64,000 bases of DNA from the human T2T-CHM13v2.0 reference genome, Homo sapiens. Below the pieces are notes generated by a model. That model was not told the DNA's origin, made no database searches, and saw only the letters and a program-made list of their open reading frames with translations. The stretch lies in assembly GCF_009914755.1 (NCBI RefSeq), contig NC_060940.1, one strand, 5' to 3'. The position numbers and the translations under genes were made by a program. Positions 1 to 16,877 of the stretch are shown piece by piece (the stretch's first letter is position 1; the number at the start of each line of letters is the position of its first letter).

Positions 1-486
1 GTAGAGCTCTTTAGGTGTAGAAAGGAAGCCTGGGTTGTCTCTCTGACCCTCAGTCTTGCCTTACATCAGCTCAGGGAAAATATATGGAGGGCATGAACAG
101 AAATCTGGCTGCCCTTTAAAAGCTATTATGTTAGCTATGAATCTGGCATGGATTGGGTGAGTCTGTTAGTGGGTGACAGCAGGGTGAGGCATCTGTTGGA
201 TGTTGGTGAGGTATCTGTGGCTGAGAGAAGAGGGGGTATCTGGGTGATGGTGGGTGGGGCATCTGGGTAGTGGTGAGGTGCCCGGGGATGAAGAGGGAGG
301 GAAAATCTGTAGGGAAGGGGGGAGCAGGGAGGTTGGACTGGTGATGCACTAAGGACCTGGGATGCTCCTGGGAGGCTGCATCCTGCTTTCCTCGGGGGCT
401 CTGAGCTGAGTTTGTCCAAGTGAGGAGTGAGTATGGCTGAGTAAAAGGAGTAAAGGATCCTGCTGACACATTTCTCATCCTTCTAG

Positions 487-583
487 GTTGTTCTTCGTGG
501 GCTCCCGGGAGGGCCACCTACCGGACCTTCTGTCCATGATCCACATTGAGCGTTTTACACCTATCCCTGCTTTACTGTTCAAT
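487..583 (+). CDS. SLC7A6: y+LAT2 amino acid transporter, 4th-last coding exon ([33 protein letters not shown])
   Basis: ttctag|G acceptor, AAT|gtaagc donor; conserved LAT-family motif [13 protein letters not shown]. Confidence 0.96.
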
Positions 584-1211
584 GTAAGCTTTGCTGGGAC
601 CACGGGGCTCAGGTGGATCTGTGCATTGCTCCTTCTGATTTGTGCTAAGTTGTTAAATAAGAGGGACCCTGAGAAAGGCCTTACTCTAAGATGTGAAAAA
701 CAGTTCATTTTTTGTTGTCATTTAATTCTTTTATGGTTTTATTACGTTTAATTTTGGATTAATCTGGAATTTATATTATAGCATAGTATTGAGAAAGGTG
801 GGGATTCACTTAATTTTTTCTCGAATGGCAGCCAGCTATACCAATATCGCTCACTCAACAATCCATTTTCCCACAGTTTTCAAACTTTTATCACAGAAAA
901 TTAATAGCTAATTTTTTTAGGGTCCTTAATATGTGCCAATTATTATTGTATGCCCCTTAAATGTGCCATCTCAACTAATCCTCCCCATCAGCACCAAGTC
1001 TCCTTAGTTTAGCTTTATACTGACTATCTGAAAACTAAAGAGGGACCAAGGGTACTTCTTTAGTCCCCCCGCCCTTGGAATTTTCCTAGCAATTCTCATA
1101 TTCGTTTATTTGTCTTGATGAACTTTTCTATCATTTCATCAAAGTAAGAGAAAAATTCTCTTGATATTTTGACAGGGCCAGCATTGAATTTATAAATTTA
1201 GGAGGTTATCT

Positions 1212-1371
1212 GACTATAGGCACACACCACCAGGCCTGGCTAATTTATTTTTTGTAGAGATGAGGTCTCACTATGTTGCCCAGGCTGGTCTTGAGCTCCT
1301 GGGCTCCAGTGAGCTGCCACTTCAGTCTCCCAAAGTGCTGGGATTATAGGCACAAGCCACCACGCCCAGCC
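1212..1371 (-). mobile_element. Partial old Alu (AluJ/FLAM-like)
   Basis: Antisense Alu left-arm motifs (ctcccaaagtgctgggatta...gccaccacgcccagcc). Confidence 0.85.
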
Positions 1372-1584
1372 TTCTCTTCTTAATACAGGGTTCTCCCTTA
1401 TCTCCACAGAATGAGCTATTTGGTTTTAAATCCTTTGTTGATAATTTGTAATGAAAAGATTATTGAAGTTTAAACACATTTGACCTTGTCCCAGGACCCT
1501 AGGCCCTAATCCTTGCCTTCTAGGATTCTTTTGTTCCAGAAGCTAATGCTGTCTTATGTCTGGATGGATCCATTTTGCTAGTTT

Positions 1585-1701
1585 CCAGGTCCAACACCTG
1601 ACTTCAGAGGCCTGAAATGCTACAATTTCTCCCTCTGGCTCAAAATTCTTCCATGGGGAGAGAGTTAGATTCCATTATTTATTGACATTATTTAGTCCAG
1701 A
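1585..1701 (+). repeat. Intronic copy of a 114-bp segment of the SLC7A6 3'UTR (3515-3628)
   Basis: Manual alignment: 8 mismatches plus one 3-bp indel. Confidence 0.9.
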
Positions 1702-2145
1702 TGGGTAGGGATCCAATTGCTAGTTAGCATTTCTCAGGCCTGAGGACAGTGAGATGGTTCTGAAGGCGTTTCCCCCATTTGTATGCCAGGCAGTCGGGAC
1801 CCAGGTCTAACCCCTCTCTAGGACACCGTGTAATCCATGTTAAGGTTGCTGCACTGAAGTGAGGAGGGCCTCAGCATCTGCCTTTTTCTAAAGTGCTTGC
1901 AACAAGGGGGAGGCATTGAGTGGAGGAAGGGCTGCAACAGAAGGGGGAAAGATGCTACCCTGAGGGTTAATGTACCTCAGGGTACATCAAGGAATGGACC
2001 TATCTGATGCCAAGGGGTCAATGAAAAGAGCCAGAGGTAATCTGGTGAAGTGGCATCAGATCTAGTACTGACTGCTGGGTGGGGGAGTCTCCTGGGGGCG
2101 CAGGTGGTGACGATGCTCACCTGTCTCCCCACCCCTTTCCCACAG

Positions 2146-2295
2146 TGCACCATGGCACTCATCTACCTCATCGTGGAGGATGTTTTCCAGCTTATCAACT
2201 ACTTCAGCTTCAGCTACTGGTTCTTCGTGGGCCTGTCTGTTGTTGGACAGCTCTACCTCCGCTGGAAGGAGCCCAAGCGGCCCCGGCCTCTCAAG
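2146..2295 (+). CDS. SLC7A6: y+LAT2, 3rd-last coding exon (CTMALIYL...KRPRPLK)
   Basis: cacag|TGC acceptor, AAG|gtcag donor, 150 nt, phase 0-0. Confidence 0.96.
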
Positions 2296-2408
2296 GTCAG
2301 CAGCTCTGGCCAGACTAGGAGGGGTGGGCCATCTCCCTAAGGTGGCTTCTTGCCCACGAGCTGTTTCCTCTTCCCACGTTACTTAATCTCTCACCCCCTC
2401 TATTTCAG

Positions 2409-2592
2409 CTGAGCGTGTTTTTCCCCATCGTGTTCTGCATATGCTCCGTGTTTCTGGTGATAGTGCCCCTCTTCACTGACACCATTAATTCCCTCATTGG
2501 CATCGGGATTGCCCTTTCTGGAGTCCCTTTCTACTTCATGGGTGTTTACCTGCCAGAGTCCCGGAGGCCATTGTTTATTCGGAATGTCCTGG
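2409..2592 (+). CDS. SLC7A6: y+LAT2, penultimate coding exon (LSVFFPIVF...FIRNVL)
   Basis: tttcag|CTG acceptor, CTGG|gtgag donor, hydrophobic TM segments. Confidence 0.96.
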
Positions 2593-3015
2593 GTGAGCTT
2601 CTCTGTGCCCCATTACTCACTGGCGGCTATGTGTGCATGCGCATGCAGAGGTGGGGGGTGGCTAACAGCTTCCCCATACTCAGAATTTGCTGGAGGCCAT
2701 GTGACCCAGCTGTCCACGACTTCCCTTTTGATTTTGACATGATCACTTTAGTTCTAATTTTAGTGTCCTATTTTGGGGCTAAAACATTACCTCCTGACAA
2801 CACAAATCACCTGGGAAGATGAGTTGTGCATCAGACTCTGGTTGGGCATGGGACAGAGGATGATGAGGCTTGTTGGGAGACAGGGGCAAAGCCTGATATA
2901 GGGTACTTAAGGGGCAGGTGGCGAGGGAGCCATAGATGTTACTAGTCAGCCTTGTTCAGGTTAGGGCTGTAGCTAGATGTTTACTAAACCCTGTGCTTGC
3001 TCTATTTTCATTTAG

Positions 3016-3110
3016 CTGCTATCACCAGAGGCACCCAGCAGCTTTGCTTTTGTGTCCTGACTGAGCTTGATGTAGCCGAAGAAAAAAAGGATGAGAGGAA
3101 AACTGACTAG
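3016..3110 (+). CDS. SLC7A6: y+LAT2, last coding exon (AAITRGTQQLCFCVLTELDVAEEKKDERKTD*)
   Basis: tttag|CT acceptor completes a phase-1 codon; TAG at 3108-3110. Confidence 0.96.
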
Positions 3111-3514
3111 AGGTCAGAGGTGGCTTTCTGAGGCCTGGAAGGCAGGCCAACCAGCAAAATCCTGATAACAAGACTCTGTGGGCCCAACTCTCCTGAATTA
3201 AAGGAGCCTTTTGACCCAATCATATAGTGGGGCTCAGGGCCAGTGCTCACTCTTATTGGTAAGCTATAGGAGACTCAGGATCTGGGCCAACCTCAAGGTG
3301 GGGGCTTCAGAGGGTGGGGGGAAGATTGGGGAACGGGGGGAATGGTCATTTAGTTTTACTCCTGATAGGTAGATGCAGCTCTTACAGATATTTACTTGGT
3401 AAAGTGCAGTGGGGAAGAGGGAATGCTAGGTTGATAGGGCTGGTGGCTTCTGAATTTGGTATTTGAACTAGGAGTCCCTATAGAGGGGCTGCTTTATGGG
3501 AAGTTTTTCTCTGA

Positions 3515-3628
3515 CCAGGTACAACACCTGACTTTAAAGGCCTGAAATGCTACCATTTCTTCCTCTGGCTCAAAATTCTTCCCTGGGGAGAGAGTTATAT
3601 TCCCTTATTTATTGATATTTAGTCCAGA
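3515..3628 (+). repeat. 3'UTR copy of the duplicated segment (pair of 1585-1701)
   Basis: Manual alignment: 8 mismatches plus one 3-bp indel. Confidence 0.9.
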
Positions 3629-5902
3629 ACACCAGTTCTAACGAAGCATGCGTGTCTCTTCATCTACAGGATGCAATAGGCTGATTGTATTTAAAAATCA
3701 AAGTACCCAAAACTGAGTCCCTTTGGGCTCAGAAATGTCTGTGGTATTGGGTCAGACTCTGACCACAGATTTTATGCTGTTTAGCACAATTTCTATTGAG
3801 TCTTACCTGCAACAATGAACCTTAAAGATTTTTTTACTCACGTACCTGTTACACTTTAGCATACAGATAGATCATAGATCACGTTACAAGCACTTGGCTC
3901 AGGTCCAGCAAGGACAGATGAACAAATTCCTGAGTCAGAAGTCTGTTAATATTGCTGTTTTGAAGGACAATCCTTTATTTTACTTGAGACCTTACATCTT
4001 TGTTCTAGCTGACAGTAAATCTCTGGGTTTCTGTTACGAACTCTAAGAGGGCTGAAACTTCTGATATTCAGGTGGATCACCTGAATTCTCTCAGCTGTCA
4101 ATGGCTTGGAGAACATCTCATGGGCCCAAGTCATCAAATAACCTGTTCCTCTCTGTAAGGGCAGTGTGAGGGACTGCTGTGCAGACCCAAGCAATCCCAA
4201 CCTGGTGCTAGGTCATTTCACTTTTCTGAAAACCTCACATCAGGCTGCATCCTCTTCTGTCCCTGGCACCAGGCTTTGTTTACACTTGGAGCCACCTTGG
4301 TGTGGGTCACCGGGACAGTGTACTCCTCTCCTGCCAGCCTCCCCTTCCCCGAGGTGTGGTGGCTGCAGTCTCAGGAAGAGCTTGGTACTTGTGGGGACTT
4401 CTGTTTTCTCCCTGTGGAGATCAGTGAAGACTGGGAGGAAAGCTGCTTCAACCTGAGTCCGGCTCTTCAGCAGGCTGCACAAGTGGAAGCAACTAATTCT
4501 GGTGCTCAGGCTGGGCTCTCCACCCAAGTTAGGCCTGCTCTGGCCTAATGGATCTTACTGTATGAGCAGGACGGCTGCATTGGATTGTACAACTGTTTTG
4601 TGATGCCCCCAGACACTGTCATCCTAGGCCGAGAAGAACCTGCTAGCTTGACATACCCCATGGGCTTATCCTTAGGTTTTGGAATTGGTCAACAGTGAGG
4701 CAGTCTCCCTTCCTGACCATTCTTCTCCACCCAGTCACAGATAAGGGAATAACCTTGGCCATATATTTGCTCAATAAAGATTGAAGGAAGCATGGTCATA
4801 GTTGCCCTGGGTTCAGAGCATAATGCATATGTGAAGCATGGGGTGACATTCCTACTGTCATGGGTTTGGGATTTGTAACGGCAAATTCCTGCCCGACGAC
4901 AGGGTGTCTTATGCAAAGGCTGACTTGCCTGAACGCTAAGAACATGACTTCTGTCTGAGCTAAGCTGGCACCCATCCCAGGGCTCCTCTGGAGCTAATCC
5001 TTTAAGCAAAATGTGCTTGCCTTTTAAAGATCCCTGACCCCAGCTTTAGCTTTCTCCACCAGATAACCAGCTAATCCCAGGAATTTGCTGCCCCCCACCA
5101 GTGGCTTCTAGGGAAAGCAAGGACCTCACATGCCAGGTGCCCTAGTACTTGCTTAGTGAGCCATGTCATCCTCCTTTCATTTTTGGATGGTGACAGCATT
5201 TTTCCCCTCTGTGCTGGATACAGACTTCTCCCAGGATCCTCTCTTTGGGAGCGAAGCCAGAGGATCCCTACAGCACTCAAGCTTCATGGTGGAATTAATT
5301 TCTGCCAGCTCTTTGTTGTCTGTCTCCTTAAATCCTTTTCCTGGTGTGCTTATTATCCCTTTTGCAGTGAGTACAGTTTATTAAGTTGTCAGCCCTTTAA
5401 TATTGGGGAAACTTAATGAGTATAAATAGCAGGGAGCACATTGTAACAGCACAGTGTTTTGTTTTTTTCACCCGGTTGCTGTATGAGAATGGCTTTCAAT
5501 CCTTTGTTTCTATGCCTACAGACAGAAAGCAAGATGTCTAATATTAGACATACAAGTTGCTGCCTGTTATAACGGTGAATTATACCTTTGTGCATGCCTA
5601 GGATGTTTGTTGTTTTAATTAGCTGCAATATATACGGCCTGTGTACACAGAATTTAATCACTTCGGCAGGTTGAACAACTCCATGTAGATAAGAGCAAGT
5701 GTAGGCAAAGGTTTAGAAAATGGACATAAAGTCAAAGAATGATGGCAGGTAGGATGAAGGAGAGATACTTAGGAAATCCTAAAAGAGGCGGCAAGAAGGT
5801 ACCTCCCTGTGTAACTCACCTTCCCCCATGACAGTGAGTAAGAGACACTCACAGGCTATGAGGGTACACCCCTAGCTGAATGTTCTGTGTTGTTTCCTTA
5901 GA

Positions 5903-6093
5903 CCTGTGGTGTCCGCTGCAACAGCTACTAGCCACGTGTAGCTAATTACATTAAAATGAAATAAAATTAAAAGCTCAGTTTCTCAGTTGCGCTAATCACA
6001 TTTCAAGTGCTCAGCAGCCACCCGTGTCTACTACTACACAGTGCAGACACAGAACATATCATCACTGCAGATAGTTCTACTGGACAATGTTAC
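5903..6093. mobile_element. hAT-Charlie MITE (MER3/MER33-like) in the SLC7A6 3'UTR
   Basis: Motifs tagccacgtgtagcta...cacatttcaagtgctc...agttctactggaca resemble the recalled consensus. Confidence 0.65.
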
Positions 6094-7056
6094 GCTAGAA
6101 TAAACACCAAGGCAGTCAGTTAAGGCAGCTATGGTTTGGAAAGGCATACGGACAGAGTCTGCTTAGAAGAGATACAAGTTGTTAATAAAATTGATCCTGT
6201 TGATAGTAGTTTGTTTTTGTGGTGGGTGCTGTGAAGAGTAAACATTACTCAGTGGAAAGCTAAGTTCAGAAGGTACTTTGTTTTTCCTCCCTTGCCTTAA
6301 GTCCTTGGTATTTATAATCAATGCTGAACCTTCTATTTCACTACCGCTCCCTGTTTTAGATATTCAGATTTAAAAGGTTTTCAAAGAATTACTTTCTTCC
6401 ATGTTCAAAGCTAGATTTTACTAAACACATGTATCACATTCATATATATTGTTTCTTGGCCCCACTGCCAAAGGAAGTCAGTCAGTAATTTCACAACCGT
6501 TATCAGAGTTTGGAAGCAGAAATAGCTGTTAACTAAAATCTCCCACTGCTCAGACTACTTTCTGCCCTAATGGCCATTACTATCCAGTCTGTATTGCTAC
6601 AAGGGACCCACTGGTACCCCTTTTAGATTCTATCAAAAGGAACAGGGTTTTCCTAGAGGCAGGCAGCCTGGTGGTATGGCACAGCAGAAGCTTACTGCTA
6701 ATGAAATGGGAACCTCCCCCTCCCTTGTGGTTTCAGCACAGAACCTGAATGCCAGGAAAAATTCCTGGGCCAAGAAGCTAAAGCTAAAGAAACCTTCCTT
6801 TTTTCAACGTTTTTTTTTCTTTCAAACTGTAGGGTCACTTTTGATTGAGGCAAAGGGGTCCTACTGTAAGTGGAAAAGACTCACTCCCCTAACATAAGTT
6901 TTCACTGTGGTGGGATGGTGCCGCCCGATATGCTTGATATGCTTTTCCTTCCACATGTTAAGCTAGGAAACCTAACAGGATGTCAGCAGGGCAGTTAACT
7001 CTGGACTCAGAGCCCTCAAGGGCATGTGGCAGAACCTCATGGACATCACAAGACCA

Positions 7057-7187
7057 TCAGTCTGAATCCAGGTCGTGGGGGCTGTCATAGCCGAACTCCT
7101 TCTGCACATCCAGAGGGTACTTGCTCCACATCCGCTGTCTGCTGCTGCCTCTTTCCTCCTCACTCAGGCTGTTGTAGTCAGCAGAGC
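7057..7187 (-). CDS. SLC7A6OS: SLC7A6OS coding exon 5 (GSADYNSL...DSPHDLDSD*)
   Basis: ttctag|GC acceptor; TGA at 7059-7057. Confidence 0.95.
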
Positions 7188-7387
7188 CTAGAATGACATC
7201 CCGGGAGTGGATTCTAAATGTGATTTTCCTAGGCTACTGCAGGAGCCCCTTCTCTTCTCAGAAAGGTCTGTTTTTGTTCCCGATTGTAATGCAAAATCCT
7301 TGCTCAATAAATAAAAAAGAATATAGAATTCTTTTTTTTTTAAAGAAGGAATCACTTTCCTATCATCTAAACCAAGTTCCTTCACAC

Positions 7388-7444
7388 TGGAGTATTTTGT
7401 CACTTCTCCCCTCCGTGGAGTATTTTGTCACTTCTCCCCTCCGT
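7388..7444. repeat. Perfect 28-bp tandem duplication (tggagtattttgtcacttctcccctccg x2)
   Basis: Directly visible. Confidence 0.95.
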
Positions 7445-7580
7445 ATAGGATTTTTTGTTGTTGTAAGAGTTGTAGTCATATTGTAAATATTTTTGTACCT
7501 TTCTCCTTTTAACGTGTTATTGACAAACCTCCCCAAAAGAATATGCAATTGTTTGATTCATTTCTCTGTTATCAGACACC

Positions 7581-7586
7581 AATAAA
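7581..7586 (+). terminator. Distal polyadenylation signal of SLC7A6
   Basis: AATAAA followed by ttctttttgttggg and a pyrimidine-rich downstream region. Confidence 0.65.
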
Positions 7587-7869
7587 TTCTTTTTGTTGGG
7601 CCTTCTTCTCTCTTCTTTAATATAGTTACTACGGGAATTATGTTGTCAGAGCATCTTTCTTCTTCCCCCAGGTATTATGTCTGTGTTGCATCTTTCTCAA
7701 AACAGTTGTACATGCAGCAGTTTTTTGAGAAGTTAGATAACTGATTTGTGAAAACTCTGGGCTTATTCCTACTGGCAAACCTCTCTCTTCATTGGTTTCT
7801 TGACTGGGGCAGGGGAAGAGACAATGAGCTACATATTTTACATAATCTCAACCACTAAAATTCATGCAG

Positions 7870-7975
7870 AACCATCTCATTTGGAGAGAAAATGAGGCTC
7901 AGTGAGGTGAAGTAACTGCCCAAGAGCCACAGCAAAGTAATGACAACTACAGATTTGAATCCAGGCCTGATGGAT
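7870..7975. mobile_element. MIR fragment
   Basis: gaaaatgaggctcagtgaggtgaagtaactgcccaag...gatttgaatccagg core motif. Confidence 0.75.
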
Positions 7976-8162
7976 TATTACACCCCCAGGAGGCCCCTGG
8001 GAAACACTGGTCTTTGGGTCTCCTACAGCATGGCTCAGTTGCGGCTGGGCTGCTGGCGCTCAATGACAGAGAAGGAAAGGCAATTAAGATGCACCTGTCA
8101 ACTATGCCTGCACCTCAGTCTCAGATCCTACCAGTCCCTCCCGGTCTGGGGCTGCCACCCAC

Positions 8163-8283
8163 CTCTGGAATCCTCATCTCCATCACTGCTCTCCTCCTCT
8201 GGGTACTCATTGCGCCAGTTATTCTCACTGTTCTCGTCATCTTCATCGTCGTAAATGTCCTCTGGTTCTTGATCATCATTCAC
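8163..8283 (-). CDS. SLC7A6OS: SLC7A6OS coding exon 4 ([40 protein letters not shown])
   Basis: gtgtag|GTG acceptor, AGAG|gtgggt donor, acidic Iwr1 domain. Confidence 0.95.
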
Positions 8284-8750
8284 CTACACATCTCAACACA
8301 AACATGAGTCCAAGTCAAAACCTCTAAGGTTATGCTCTGGGGGAAGTTGTTAGCATACCAGCTTGAAGAGATATCATGTAAAAGTGCCCTGTGAAAAAAC
8401 TGCAGACTAGTAGTTTGACTCCATTGCACAAGAGGCTATGAGAGGGAGATAATAGCCCCCTTCCACTCAGAGCCCAGCTCCACAATGATAGGACATGCTG
8501 GACCCCATGAGAAGGGAACACAGGGAAAAGAGGAGTGATGGCTCTGAGCGATTCCTTCAAATTCCAAAGGTCAAAACCAAAACCCAAGCGTAAGAGGTGC
8601 GGAAAGGCAGGAGGAAGGGCCATGCAGTGGTCCAAGGTGGGTACCTGACTGCAAATCTGTCCTAATGCAGGTGCAGGATGCAGTGCTTCTTGATTATAGT
8701 CTGAGCATGACCATTAGGTGCCACCTTAAGTTTTCTTGTTAAGCATTTTA

Positions 8751-9385
<635 letters not shown>

Positions 9386-9807
9386 ATAATGTCAGGACGT
9401 TAGCTTTCTTCATCCGAGGTTTCTCTACTTCTAAGGTACGAATTAAAAAATAGATTTTGTTGTCACTCATGTTAAGAATTTCTGATTTTATCGTCTTTAT
9501 CTTATCATAAGCCCCATATACATATTTCCCCCCTAAGAATGGATAGCTATAAACAATAAAGGTGATGTTGCAAACCTTGTAAAATATTCATTAATGTAAA
9601 AATGATCAATCTAAGATGATCTTTCCCCAAATTCCCTGTACTATAAAGTCAGGTTCCTAAAAGGCACTTAGAATAAATTCTTCCTTTTCAGGAGGAAAAG
9701 AACTAAGGACAATGTTGTTCGGGAGTGGAGCCCAGGGAAGCAAAGCATTCTGATTAGATTAAGAGCTTAGGATGCCTCATGCCCCGTCTGCTCATGGGCC
9801 CCCTTAC

Positions 9808-10402
<595 letters not shown>

Positions 10403-10559
10403 TACAGTTCCATAGTGTTGTGGTCAAGATTCTTATCCCCATGAATTCCTAGTCTTTTAATTAATTATTACATTAAAAAATCAAGAATCTCTGTAAAATT
10501 AATGTGTAGTTCTTACTTTAAGATAGAAACGTACAAGATAGGCTCCTGCTCTTTTGTGC

Positions 10560-15307
<4,748 letters not shown>

Positions 15308-15519
15308 TCAAGGAGAATTTTCCATTTCTGTAGTTTTGCTGCATGTAGTAGACTTTTTTTGGAAGTGATTGCAAATGAAGTTAGCAAATGTAATATAAAG
15401 AAAAGCACTGGATTAAATGTGAGAAAACTTGCATTCTAGACCTAAATCTACCTCAAACTTGATATGCTATCCAGGACTATTCCTTTAACCTCTCTTTGAT
15501 CAATTTTCCTACCTGCTCT

Positions 15520-15975
15520 ATCTCTATTTTGCTCCAGTGATCCCCATCTCAGTCAGGGTGAAAGGCAATGTCCTTGCAAGTACCTAGCAGGCATCCTCCC
15601 CTCAAATTCCTTACTGCTCTCCTCTAGCTCACCGGGCTCCAGGCACCTTGCAAGGAGCAAAGAAACGGCTTAAGGGCCTCTTTACTTTCAGGTTCTCTGC
15701 CTAGAAGTCCTCTCGATATGTGGAATACCCTGCCATTCACCTTCTGCAAGTCTTCACTCAAATGTCATTTCCTCAGTGACACTCTCACTGAAGTGGCACC
15801 ACTCTTCCTGCTTTGTCTCCCCGCCTCCTTACATCCCTTATCACCATCTGACACTGAATAGACTTGTTTACTGTTTCTGTCTACCTGCATGTTAGGTCCT
15901 CACTGCTGTATCCACAGAATCTAAAAAAATACCTGGCATATCGTAGGCACGTAGTAAACACATGTTGGATGAACA
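15520..15975. mobile_element. L2 relic
   Basis: Motifs such as cactgctgtatcc...cctggcatatcgtaggcac...aaacacatgttggatgaa typical of L2 3' ends. Confidence 0.55.
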
Positions 15976-16112
15976 ACCAAATCTGTAAAATGAGGCCGTC
16001 ACGCCGGATGGATCATCCATCCCCTTAAGATGAAACTGTGCTGCGACTGGGCCCAGTCTTCTTGCATTACCATCCTGAGAAGCCCAGCGACCACCTTCAG
16101 GGGCATACTCAC

Positions 16113-16391
16113 TTTGCAGGAGCCTGCAGAGGCGGCTTCAGGTTCTCCCTCCTCGTGGACAAGGTCTAACAACTGAAAGCCCGAGTTCCCGGCGGCTTCT
16201 GGGTTCCCCGGCGTGTACTCGGACTCCTGGCCGCTCGAGGTGGTCCCCAAGGATCGGCGGCTGGAAAGCACCCGGTAGCGGCCCTCCTGCCGGACCTCCC
16301 GAGCCGAGGCGCGGAGATTACGGCGGACACGCTGCTGGCTGTCCCGTGACGGGCGCAGAACTTCCCGCAGGAGAGGCTGGACTGGTTCCTC
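16113..16391 (-). CDS. SLC7A6OS: SLC7A6OS coding exon 2 (EEPVQPLL...SAGSCK)
   Basis: ccccctag|GAG acceptor, AAA|gtgagt donor. Confidence 0.95.
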
Positions 16392-16512
16392 CTAGGGGGC
16401 AACAGGGGACGGAGGCCAGCGTAAGCAGGAGTTCGCGAGCGGGTCAGGGATCGGGTTTCGTACCGGCTGCACCCGAAGATGCCCTCCACACCAGCTGCAC
16501 CACGCCCAATAC

Positions 16513-16704
16513 CTGGGAGCACACAGTGGCCACCAAGTGGAAGACATTATTCTCCGCCGCTCTCTCCAAATCCTCCGACGTCTTCTGTGCCGCTGACTCG
16601 ACCGCGTCGCTCCGGAGGCGTTTACAAGCGAGCACAAGAGCCTCCGCCGGCTCCGCACTGCGCTTCCGCTTCACCCGGAGTACAGCGGTCCTGGCGGCCT
16701 CCAT
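16513..16704 (-). CDS. SLC7A6OS: SLC7A6OS coding exon 1 ([15 protein letters not shown]...VATVCSQ)
   Basis: ATG at 16704-16702 in context actATGG; CAG|gtattg donor. Confidence 0.95.
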
Positions 16705-16799
16705 AGTGGCTGCCGCTGAGCACTGTGGGAGCTCGCGGGGTGTGATGGGATAGCTTTCCAGTTCTGCTTTAGGACCCGCCCCCCAGCACGCTCCTCGAC

Positions 16800-16877
16800 G
16801 CTGCGAGGTCCCGCCCCGCCTGCTGGCCGCGGTAAAAGTGGTAGCAGCGGAGGCGAGCGGAGGGTTTCCCGCGGCGG
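16800..16877 (+). other. PRMT7: PRMT7 exon 1 (5'UTR; start approximate)
   Basis: GCGG|gtgagg donor at 16878 within the CpG island. Confidence 0.75.

Larger units (their letters stand above)
1..7600 (+). other. SLC7A6: SLC7A6 gene, 3' part (last 4 coding exons + long 3'UTR); 5' part is outside the window
   Basis: Spliced translation gives LAT-family C-terminal TM segments ending ...EEKKDERKTD*; distal AATAAA at 7581-7586; the exact 3' end is approximate. Confidence 0.93.
3111..7600 (+). other. SLC7A6: SLC7A6 3'UTR with several AATAAA signals (4773, 5960, 6099, 6184, 7306, 7581)
   Basis: Alu-free ~4.5 kb after the stop, unlike neighbouring introns; AU-rich terminal block ending in AATAAA followed by a U/GU-rich tract. 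Confidence 0.75.

Noticed and set aside
131-517. Pro/His-rich minus-strand ORFs
   Set aside because: Artefact of a GT/GA-rich low-complexity intron.
1585-3628. The duplicated 114-bp segment as a snoRNA pair
   Set aside because: The copies share no convincing C/D or H/ACA box arrangement, and one copy is exonic.
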